26,623 bases of DNA from a virus (lineage: Duplodnaviria; Caudoviricetes): the IMG/VR virus record IMGVR_UViG_3300037601_000048, positions 1 to 26,623 of that record. One strand, written 5' to 3'. A program made the translations under genes and the position numbers. Each line of letters starts with the position of its first letter. Position 1 is the first letter of the stretch. Under the pieces are notes generated by a model. The model was not told the DNA's origin. It ran no database searches and saw only the letters and a list, made by a program, of their open reading frames with translations. This document shows, in pieces, positions 1 through 7,311 of the stretch.

Positions 1-2
1 CA

Positions 3-725
3 AAAGGTTTAGATTATTCTTTTAACATAGAAGATATTTTAACTGCAATAAATAATCATGCTTTTTTTGATACTATAGAAAAACCTAATCAAACACATTA
101 TAAGTATATAACTTATGATATTTCATGTAATGAAGATTTTGCATTACATAGGAAATATTATGATTGGAAAAAAATATTTACATTTTTTAAAGATCATCCT
201 ATAGCAATGGGTACATTAGCTACAAAAATTATACCTTATGATTTTTTAGAATTTAACCCTGAAAAAAAAATTAGAATTAGGTTTAGTCTTATGCCTCAAA
301 AAATATCTTCTATATTAGAACCTAATACACCTGATATAATTGATAGAATAAAAGCCATTGATAAATTTATTGATGCTGGATATGATGTTCATATAAATTT
401 TAGTCCTGTAGTTATTTATAAAGATTGGTTAAAAGATTATAAAGATCTTTTTAAATTAGTTAATGATAATGTTGAAAATAAAGATATAGTTTTATCTGAA
501 GTTATATTTTTAACACATAATAAAGAAAAACATAAATACAATATTATAAATAATATAAAAGGAGAAGATTTACTTTGGAAACCTGATATTCAATCAGATA
601 AATTAAATTCTAATGGTAATGATGCTATAAGATATACTCCTAGTATCAAAAAACAATTTATTAATCAATGGGTAGAATTACATAATGAAATTATACCTTG
701 GAATAAAATAAGATATGTATTTTAA
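3..725 (+). CDS. Spore photoproduct lyase (SplB)-family radical SAM protein, 5'-truncated by the window edge
   Basis: The frame of ORF 207..725 stays open back to base 3 (KGLDYSFNIEDIL...KPNQTH...YDISCNEDF...). Motifs ATK, RIRFSLMP, AGYDVHINFSPV, EVIFLTHN, LLWKP and IRY match SplB-like proteins. The CxxxCxxC motif would lie upstream of the window. Confidence 0.8.
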   Translation, partial: KGLDYSFNIEDILTAINNHAFFDTIEKPNQTHYKYITYDISCNEDFALHRKYYDWKKIFTFFKDHPIAMGTLATKIIPYDFLEFNPEKKIRIRFSLMPQKISSILEPNTPDIIDRIKAIDKFIDAGYDVHINFSPVVIYKDWLKDYKDLFKLVNDNVENKDIVLSEVIFLTHNKEKHKYNIINNIKGEDLLWKPDIQSDKLNSNGNDAIRYTPSIKKQFINQWVELHNEIIPWNKIRYVF

Positions 726-1044
726 ATATAGAAATAATAATTATTTTGATGAAAATACTTTATATATTTTTTATCATGAATCAATAGATAGATTGTTAGT
801 TTCAAAAGTACATTTTTATAATGGAAATTGGCATACAAATGAAGGATTACAATATAAGTGTACGTCTGTAAAATGTATAAAAGCTAATAATTTATTAAAA
901 AGAAAAATTATATTAAATTTAAATGATACAATTATTAAAGGTAAAATTATAAATTTTCTTCCTGAAAAAAATTGTATAGGTGTTCATTGGGATAATATAT
1001 TATTTTATTATTGGCAAAACATAAACAAAGTAAAAATAATATAA
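715..1044 (+). CDS. Hypothetical protein
   Basis: 109-aa ORF overlapping the previous stop; its TAA overlaps the next ATG (TAATG at 1042-1046). Confidence 0.65.
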   Translation: MYFKYRNNNYFDENTLYIFYHESIDRLLVSKVHFYNGNWHTNEGLQYKCTSVKCIKANNLLKRKIILNLNDTIIKGKIINFLPEKNCIGVHWDNILFYYWQNINKVKII

Positions 1045-1367
1045 TGCAGAATGGTAAAAGATATAATGAAGGGAAATTAAAATGGAGTTTAGTTTCATGG
1101 AAAGCATTAGAACCAATGGTAAGAGTGCTTATGTTTGGTGCAGAAAAATATGATAGTTGGAATTGGAGCAAAGGTTTAAAATATACAGAAATTTGTGAAA
1201 GTTTACAACGTCATTTAAATGCATTTATACAAGGAGAAGATAATGATCCTGAAAGTAAATTATCACATGTAGGACATATATTATGTAATGCAATGTTCCT
1301 ATCATATATGTTTCTTTTTAAAAAAGACATGGATGATAGATATAATGATCCAAATTTAGTATTATGA
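1044..1367 (+). CDS. dATP/dGTP diphosphohydrolase domain protein (DUF5664-like)
   Basis: Motifs RYNEGKLKWSLV, VLMFGAEKY, NWSKG, SLQRHL, DPESKLSHVGHILCNAMFL. Start placed at the coupled ATG 1044 rather than TTG 1011. Confidence 0.85.
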   Translation: MQNGKRYNEGKLKWSLVSWKALEPMVRVLMFGAEKYDSWNWSKGLKYTEICESLQRHLNAFIQGEDNDPESKLSHVGHILCNAMFLSYMFLFKKDMDDRYNDPNLVL

Positions 1368-1708
1368 AAAAAATAGAAGATAATGATGGTAATATAATTA
1401 CCATAGATAATAATGGATCTGTATTACTTAAATTAAAAAATGAAAATAGGAGTAGAAAATTAGGTATTTTAAAAAATGATATTTATATTAAATATGATGA
1501 TGAAAAACATATTTTTAGAAAACTTAATGCTTGGAGTATACCTTATGAACTTTTTAAATTATGTACTATTATAATAGTAAAAACTAAAAAATTTAATTAT
1601 AAAATTGAATTAAAAGGATTAGATTATACTACTTTACATTTTAAAAATTCAGGAGTAGAAAGAAAAATTTATATTCCTATAACATTATTTAATAAAAAAC
1701 AAATATGA
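1364..1708 (+). CDS. Hypothetical phage protein
   Basis: 114-aa ORF with an ATGA overlap to the upstream gene. Confidence 0.7.
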   Translation: MKKIEDNDGNIITIDNNGSVLLKLKNENRSRKLGILKNDIYIKYDDEKHIFRKLNAWSIPYELFKLCTIIIVKTKKFNYKIELKGLDYTTLHFKNSGVERKIYIPITLFNKKQI

Positions 1709-1709
1709 C

Positions 1710-2213
1710 ATGAGTTATATAAGAACACAAGAAAACAATATATTTGATTATTTAAATATTAAAAATAATCAAGTTAGTATAGAAGAAATTGCTTCTGTAT
1801 TATCTAAAATACCTAGATGGTTAGGACATACAGATGAATTTTATTCTGTTGCTCAACATTGTTGCTGGTGTTATGATAATACTGAAGGTAATAAATTAGA
1901 AGCTTTAATGCATGATGCACCAGAAGCATATGTAGGAGATTGTCCTACACCATTAAAAAAATTATTACCTGAATTTAGAAAAATAGAAGATGAGATTAGT
2001 AAATTATTATCTAAAACATTTAATTATAATTATCCTTATTCAGAAGAAACACATGATGTAGATTCATTTGCTTTAGCTTTTGAAAGACATAATATAAAAT
2101 ATTTAGATAATAATTATGTACCTTTAGAAGTAAAACCTATAAATAATGTAGAATTTTGGTCTTGTAAAAAAGGTAAAAATGAATTTTTAAAAAGATTTTA
2201 TAACGAACAATGA
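1710..2213 (+). CDS. HD-domain phosphohydrolase (YfbR/YfdR-like 5'-deoxynucleotidase)
   Basis: Motifs PRWLGH, YSVAQH, ALMHDAPEAYVGD, PTPLK, D..AL..E. Confidence 0.88.
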   Translation: MSYIRTQENNIFDYLNIKNNQVSIEEIASVLSKIPRWLGHTDEFYSVAQHCCWCYDNTEGNKLEALMHDAPEAYVGDCPTPLKKLLPEFRKIEDEISKLLSKTFNYNYPYSEETHDVDSFALAFERHNIKYLDNNYVPLEVKPINNVEFWSCKKGKNEFLKRFYNEQ

Positions 2214-2497
2214 TACAAAACTTAACACCTTTAGAACTTGGTATTATAGTATTTATAAGCCAAACTGTATTTTTATGGTTTAGAACATTAAATGTAATAT
2301 ATACAAGTAAATTAAAAGTAATACCTTCAGTATTAACAGGTATTGGAATAGGAATATCATGGTTAATAGCTGTAGCTATTGGTGTGAATTCTATTTTAAA
2401 ATTAGAACCTATTCCTATTATAGGACATCTTTTAGGAGGTGCATTAGGTACTATATTAGGATTATATAAAGAAAAAAAGAAACAGAAAAAGGGTTAA
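2210..2497 (+). CDS. Small membrane protein (DUF5698/UPF0316-like, about 3 TM segments)
   Basis: Three hydrophobic segments, FRTLNV, GGALGTILG and a basic C-terminal tail; ATGA coupling. Confidence 0.7.
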   Translation: MIQNLTPLELGIIVFISQTVFLWFRTLNVIYTSKLKVIPSVLTGIGIGISWLIAVAIGVNSILKLEPIPIIGHLLGGALGTILGLYKEKKKQKKG

Positions 2498-2610
2498 CAG
2501 TATGGCACGCAAACCAGTAACCCTGCGGAAAGGAATATCCAGACTTCAATCCAATACCCCAAACCACTTCTGGGCATGAACGGTGGTGAGAAAGCTGTTA
2601 GGCGTGCATT
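2490..2610 (+). ncRNA. Candidate structured RNA / cis-regulatory element upstream of thyA (family not recognised)
   Basis: 59 of 120 bases in 2491-2610 are G/C, against a very AT-rich background. Complementary segments: AGGGTTA 2490-2496/TAACCCT 2518-2524; TAACAG 2495-2500/CTGTTA 2595-2600; GCACGC 2505-2510/GCGTGC 2602-2607; ACCACT 2563-2568/GGTGGT 2582-2587. Confidence 0.5.
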
Positions 2611-2627
2611 TTTTAAAAAAGTTAAAT

Positions 2628-3764
2628 ATGGCAGAAATAGATAAAAAATATCATGATTTATTATTGGATATATTACACAATGGTTACCAGTATGAAGACC
2701 CAAATAGAAAAGGTACAATTCGTACTGAAATACAAAGTCATACATTATATCATTCATTTAAAGATGGATTTCCAGCAATTACTACAAAGAAATTGGCTTG
2801 GAAAAGTGTTGTAGGTGAATTATTATGGTTTTTAAGAGGAGATACTAATGTTAAATATCTAGTAAATAACAATATTCCTATTTGGAATAAAGATGCTTAT
2901 AATTTCTTTCTAAAAAATACTAGAAATAGATTTAAAATGCCTCAAAATATATGGGAGGACGAAATAAGAAAAAGTAATTATATAGGAAATACCAGTCAAA
3001 AGGCAGGAGATTTAGGTAGAATATATGGTGCTCAATGGAGAAGTTGGAATGCATCTTTTGAAGATTATATTGGATTAGATCCTGAAGATGGTACATTTTA
3101 TAATGAAATATATTTAGATCAAATATCTAATCTTATTAAAGGATTAAAAGAAATCCCTATGGGTACTAAACATATAGTTACCGCATGGAATCCTGCTGAA
3201 TTAAATGATATGGCTTTACCACCATGTCATTGGTCATTTGAGATATTGGTTAAACCTATTAAAATAGGATCAAGAATGCGTCTATGTAATCAAGATAGTT
3301 TGAAAAAATATATTATTGATAATATAGATACTACTGAAACTTCAAGACAAGTTAGAGAAGAATATATGGATAATAATAATATTCCTAAATATTCTTTTAT
3401 TCTCAAATGGCATCAACGTAGTGTTGATACATTTTTAGGTTTACCATTTAATATTGCTAGTTATGCATTATTAGCTCATATTATTGGTAAAATGACCAAT
3501 ATGATTCCTGAAGGTATTATAGGTGATTTAAGCAATGTACATATTTATGATAATCATATAGATGCTGTTAAAGAACAGTTAAAAAGAAACCCTAATAAAT
3601 ATGATAATTGTAAATTATTAATGGATCCTAAAGCTGAAAAAGATTTTAAATTTAAAAAAACAATAGATTTAGCTTTAGATAATGTTGATATTTGGCAATT
3701 TCAGTTAAAAAATTATAATAGTTATCCAAGAATTAAAGCAGAAATGATACCTTATACAAATTAA
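2628..3764 (+). CDS. thyA: Thymidylate synthase (ThyA)
   Basis: Motifs TTKKLAWK, ELLWFLRG, IW, YGAQWR, AWNP, LPPCH, QRSVDTFLGLPFNIASY, HIYDNH. Start placed at ATG 2628 (MAEIDKKYHDLL). Confidence 0.97.
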   Translation: MAEIDKKYHDLLLDILHNGYQYEDPNRKGTIRTEIQSHTLYHSFKDGFPAITTKKLAWKSVVGELLWFLRGDTNVKYLVNNNIPIWNKDAYNFFLKNTRNRFKMPQNIWEDEIRKSNYIGNTSQKAGDLGRIYGAQWRSWNASFEDYIGLDPEDGTFYNEIYLDQISNLIKGLKEIPMGTKHIVTAWNPAELNDMALPPCHWSFEILVKPIKIGSRMRLCNQDSLKKYIIDNIDTTETSRQVREEYMDNNNIPKYSFILKWHQRSVDTFLGLPFNIASYALLAHIIGKMTNMIPEGIIGDLSNVHIYDNHIDAVKEQLKRNPNKYDNCKLLMDPKAEKDFKFKKTIDLALDNVDIWQFQLKNYNSYPRIKAEMIPYTN

Positions 3765-3768
3765 AAAA

Positions 3769-4359
3769 ATGAGAAATTATTCATGTTATTATTATAGATA
3801 TGATAGAAAAAACAAAAAATTAATATCAAATAAGAATACTGCTTGTTGGTCATATTTAGATCATTTTTCTGAAAATTATTGGGCAAAAGAATTTAATACG
3901 GTATTTAAAAGAAATCCTGATATAATTTATGTAAGTAATTATATAGAAAAAGATCTTGATGAAAAATATAGAAAACAATTGATTTATATTTTAAATAAAA
4001 TAACACCATGTAGAGAAATAGTATATAATGGTGTAAATTATTTAGCTGTTAGATTAATACATCATGATTGGTATGATAATAATTTAGTTATATTAAATTG
4101 GATAAGAGGTTTATGGCACGAACAAGCTACATTAGATGTAAATAAGTTTTACACTATGATAATGGAATATAAAGATGAAGATGACCCATTGTATTTTCTT
4201 ATGAATTGTAATAAAAAATGTTATAATTTAAGTAAATATGGAAATTTTAATCATAGTAATGTTGGAGAAGGTATAATTCCTAAAAATAAAGAACAATTAT
4301 TTTTAAGAAAAGAACCGTATCTCAGTCATTTTATGAAAAGACAAGAAATTATTAATTAA
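3769..4359 (+). CDS. Hypothetical protein
   Basis: 196-aa ORF, 4 nt after the thyA stop, with typical AT-rich codon usage. Confidence 0.75.
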   Translation: MRNYSCYYYRYDRKNKKLISNKNTACWSYLDHFSENYWAKEFNTVFKRNPDIIYVSNYIEKDLDEKYRKQLIYILNKITPCREIVYNGVNYLAVRLIHHDWYDNNLVILNWIRGLWHEQATLDVNKFYTMIMEYKDEDDPLYFLMNCNKKCYNLSKYGNFNHSNVGEGIIPKNKEQLFLRKEPYLSHFMKRQEIIN

Positions 4360-4368
4360 AAATTAAGA

Positions 4369-4386
4369 GGTTGGTAGATGGACGGA
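4369..4386 (+). promoter_or_regulatory. Repeated leader motif, copy 1 (GGTTGGTAGATGGACGGA)
   Basis: The 14-nt core GGTAGATGGACGGA is identical to 5197-5210. The motif ends 11 nt before ATG 4398. Confidence 0.65.
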
Positions 4387-4397
4387 TGAAGATGTAG

Positions 4398-5165
4398 ATG
4401 GAATTACCAAAAACAAAAAGAACAGCAACTAGACAAGATCCTACTAGTATAGTTATTTATTCAAAACCTAAAATGGGTAAAACAACTATTCTAGCAGGTC
4501 TTGATGATTGCTTAGTTATTGATTTAGAAAAAGGAAGTTATTTTGTAGATATATTAGTATTTGATGTACTACAAAAAGCTGAAGAAGAAGGTAAGTTACC
4601 TGTAGTTATTCTTAAAAGATTAATTAACAAAATTAAAGAAGAAAATCAAAAGATTAATGGTAAAGTATATAAATACATTGCTGTTGATACAGTAACTGCC
4701 TTAGAAGATATTGTTTTACCTTTAGCTAATAAAATGTATAAGGATACCCCAATGGGTAAGAATTGGGTAGGAGATGATGTAACAACACTACCTAATGGTG
4801 CAGGATATAGATACACAAGATTAGCTTTAAGTACAATATTAAATGAATTAAAAGAATTATGTGATACATTCATAATTCTTGGTCACGTTAAAGATAAAAA
4901 TGTAGAAAAAGATGGTAAAGAAATGAATGAAAGAAGTTTAGATCTTACTGGTAAATCTTCTTCTATATTATGCTCTCAAGTAGATGCAATAGGTTATTTA
5001 TTTCGTGATGAAAACAAAACAATAATAGACTTTGAATCAAATGAGAGTCTATTATGTGGAGCTAGATCTCCACATTTAAAAGGTCAAAAAATTCAAGTAG
5101 CCGAATCTGATGAAGAAGGAAATTTAAACATTGATTGGTCAGGAATATTTATTGACAAAAAGTAA
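4398..5165 (+). CDS. AAA-family P-loop ATPase (AAA_24 / Sak4-like recombination ATPase)
   Basis: Walker A YSKPKMGKTT, IDLEKG, Walker B IAVDTVT, ILGHVKD, DAIGYL; upstream of an SSB-like gene. Confidence 0.85.
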   Translation: MELPKTKRTATRQDPTSIVIYSKPKMGKTTILAGLDDCLVIDLEKGSYFVDILVFDVLQKAEEEGKLPVVILKRLINKIKEENQKINGKVYKYIAVDTVTALEDIVLPLANKMYKDTPMGKNWVGDDVTTLPNGAGYRYTRLALSTILNELKELCDTFIILGHVKDKNVEKDGKEMNERSLDLTGKSSSILCSQVDAIGYLFRDENKTIIDFESNESLLCGARSPHLKGQKIQVAESDEEGNLNIDWSGIFIDKK

Positions 5166-5192
5166 AATAAAATAATAATAATTAAAATATGC

Positions 5193-5210
5193 GGAAGGTA
5201 GATGGACGGA
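5193..5210 (+). promoter_or_regulatory. Repeated leader motif, copy 2 (GGAAGGTAGATGGACGGA)
   Basis: Same core as 4373-4386. The motif ends 10 nt before ATG 5221. Confidence 0.65.
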
Positions 5211-5220
5211 AGAAATAATT

Positions 5221-5802
5221 ATGTTTGATTTAAATGATGATAAACAATTTGGAGGAGTTCAAATTTTTAATGGTGGTGAAGCAGGATTAACCAAAAACGT
5301 AGAAATTTCTGTAGAGAAAAAACAAGTTGATGATGCAGATAATCATCCTGATTATAAACTACTAGCAAAAGATGCTAGTGGTGCTACAATTAATCAAGGT
5401 TTTTATTATTATAAACCTCAACCTCAATTGGACTCTGATGAAAATAAGAAAAAAGAAAAAGTGCAAGTAGGAAGAGTTTTATCTATTGCAAAAGCTGTAA
5501 TGGGTAATGATTATGTATTTCCACAAGTAAATTCAGGTAAAGAAGCATTTGATGTAATGTTTAAACTCATTGAAGAAAATGCACCTGGTAAAAAGTTTAA
5601 TGTATATACTACATATGGAACACAAGCTTATCCTAGTATTTATTTAGGATTTAGATATTTCAATTTTATTGAACCAGCAAATGTAGAAATTAGTACATTA
5701 AAACCTAATAATAATGATGTATTGGTCAGACCAGAAGCAGATAATGATCCTTCTGAAGACGAATTATCAGATGTGTCTAAATCAGCTTTAGACGAACTAT
5801 AA
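5221..5802 (+). CDS. Putative single-stranded DNA-binding protein
   Basis: Located between the AAA ATPase and primase, has an acidic C-terminal tail (EADNDPSEDELSD...LDEL) and is followed by a terminator. Function inferred from context. Confidence 0.55.
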   Translation: MFDLNDDKQFGGVQIFNGGEAGLTKNVEISVEKKQVDDADNHPDYKLLAKDASGATINQGFYYYKPQPQLDSDENKKKEKVQVGRVLSIAKAVMGNDYVFPQVNSGKEAFDVMFKLIEENAPGKKFNVYTTYGTQAYPSIYLGFRYFNFIEPANVEISTLKPNNNDVLVRPEADNDPSEDELSDVSKSALDEL

Positions 5803-5813
5803 TAATAATTAAT

Positions 5814-5845
5814 AAAGGGGGATTAATTTCCCCCTTTTTTTATTT
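5814..5845 (+). terminator. Rho-independent terminator
   Basis: Stem AAAGGGGGA (5814-5822)/TCCCCCTTT (5829-5837) running into a T tract. Confidence 0.85.
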
Positions 5846-5850
5846 AACAA

Positions 5851-6888
5851 ATGATAGATCTAAATAAAAAACTAGTAAGTAAAGAAGGTCTTTTAGAATA
5901 TATAAATGAATTAGATGTTTATCAATATTATACAGGTAAAGAAGTAACATTATCAGGTAATATGATTTCACCAATTAGAGCTGAAAAAACACCATCTTTT
6001 GGTTATTTTGTAAGTAAAACTGGTGAAAAAGAAATATTATTTAATGATTTTAAAATAGGTGGTGGTGATTTTGTTAAATTTGTTCAATTAAAATTTGGAT
6101 TAAATTATTTTGAAGCATTATCTAAAATTGCTATAGATATGAACATAGATGATCATTTTATAGTAAAAGATATGAAAAAATCAAATAAAGTGTATGATCC
6201 AAATAAATACCAAACAAATAGACAAAAATTATTATCAACATCTAATAGTGTTAAAATAGGAAGAAAAGTAAGAGAATGGAAATTATATGATCTTAACTTT
6301 TGGTATCAATTTGGTATAACAAAAGATGTTTTAAATTTATATAATGTAGAACCTATTTCTTATTTATTTTTAAATAATGTACCTATTGTTCCTGAAAAAT
6401 ATTCATATTGTTTTCCAGAATTTAAAGATGATACTGTTACATATAAAATTTATCAACCATATAGTGAAGATTATAAATGGTTAACAAATCATGATGCTTC
6501 TGTATGGCAAGGATGGAGACAATTACCTGAAAAAAATGAATTTTTAATAATAACATCTTCTTTAAAAGATGCAATGTCAATTGTAAGTACAACAAATTAC
6601 CCAGCTATAGCTTTACAAAATGAAGGAATTAAACCTAAAGAATCTGTAGTAAAAGAATTACATAATAGATTTGATTGTATTTATTTATTATATGATAATG
6701 ATTTTGATAAAGAAGTTAATTGGGGTAGAGAATTTGGTAAAGATATATCAGAAAAAAATAGATTTTTTCAAATTGAAATACCTGAAAAATATAATTCTAA
6801 AGATTATAGTGATTTAATTAAAAATATAGGTGTAAAAAATGCATCTGAACTATTAGTTCATTTGCAACAAAATTATATGCCTTTTTAA
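5851..6888 (+). CDS. DNA primase (DnaG/TOPRIM, phage type)
   Basis: Remnant N-terminal zinc-finger region SPIRAEKTPSF...DF...GD; KIYQPY; TOPRIM IITSSLKDAM; YDND; SKDYSD. Confidence 0.85.
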   Translation: MIDLNKKLVSKEGLLEYINELDVYQYYTGKEVTLSGNMISPIRAEKTPSFGYFVSKTGEKEILFNDFKIGGGDFVKFVQLKFGLNYFEALSKIAIDMNIDDHFIVKDMKKSNKVYDPNKYQTNRQKLLSTSNSVKIGRKVREWKLYDLNFWYQFGITKDVLNLYNVEPISYLFLNNVPIVPEKYSYCFPEFKDDTVTYKIYQPYSEDYKWLTNHDASVWQGWRQLPEKNEFLIITSSLKDAMSIVSTTNYPAIALQNEGIKPKESVVKELHNRFDCIYLLYDNDFDKEVNWGREFGKDISEKNRFFQIEIPEKYNSKDYSDLIKNIGVKNASELLVHLQQNYMPF

Positions 6889-6903
6889 AATAAAAATATA
6901 AAT

Positions 6904-7299
6904 ATGAAAGTAGCAGTTTATGGTACATTAAGAAAAGGAGAATCAAATCATGCTTTATTATCAAAAGCTAAATATGTAGGATTATTTGAAACAAATCCTG
7001 AATATAATTTTTTTAGTGTAAATGATGCTTTTCCAGCAATTACTCAAAAAGGAAACACTTCTATAATTATGGAAGTATATGAAGTATCTCATGATATTTT
7101 ACAAGGTGTTGATAATTTAGAAGGTTATGATAAAGGTAATAAAGAAAATAATCTATACAATAGAATAGAAATTGATACACCTTTTGGTAAAGCATATACT
7201 TATGTATATAATAAAAATGTAAAACATCTTCCTGTTATAAATGGAAATGATTGGAAAGAATATATAAGTATTAGAAGAGTAGTAAGAAGTATTAATTAA
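6904..7299 (+). CDS. Gamma-glutamylcyclotransferase (GGCT/AIG2-like)
   Basis: Motifs VAVYGTLRKG, FPA, EVYEV, DNLEGY, YNR, AYTYVY. Confidence 0.92.
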   Translation: MKVAVYGTLRKGESNHALLSKAKYVGLFETNPEYNFFSVNDAFPAITQKGNTSIIMEVYEVSHDILQGVDNLEGYDKGNKENNLYNRIEIDTPFGKAYTYVYNKNVKHLPVINGNDWKEYISIRRVVRSIN

Positions 7300-7311
7300 T
7301 AAAAAATAAAA

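Noticed and set aside
947-1171. Minus-strand 74-aa ORF
   Set aside because: It lies antisense to two coupled + strand genes, one with clear family motifs; a shadow ORF.
2538-2570. C-rich stretch as a possible antisense partner of the GG leader motifs
   Set aside because: Complementarity is patchy, with no long contiguous duplex.
2502-2579. 25-aa ORF MARKPVTLRKGISRLQSNTPNHFWA
   Set aside because: Its codons (CGC, CTG, CGG, ACC) are atypical for this genome, so an RNA/DNA structural role fits better. A leader peptide is not fully excluded.
2583-2627. GTG-start N-terminal extension of ThyA
   Set aside because: It lies within the structured element; ThyA-like sequence begins at ATG 2628.
2494-2757. 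Minus-strand 87-aa ORF, and possible readthrough of the 2210..2497 gene in the mirror frame
   Set aside because: It overlaps the thyA start in antisense. The upstream stop is TAA, and the open frame is explained by the local GC island.
4646-4873. Minus-strand 75-aa ORF
   Set aside because: Antisense shadow of the AAA ATPase.
4369-5210. Repeat pair as a CRISPR array or mobile-element ends
   Set aside because: There are only two 18-nt copies ~820 nt apart, each at a fixed distance from a start codon, with no cas or transposase gene.
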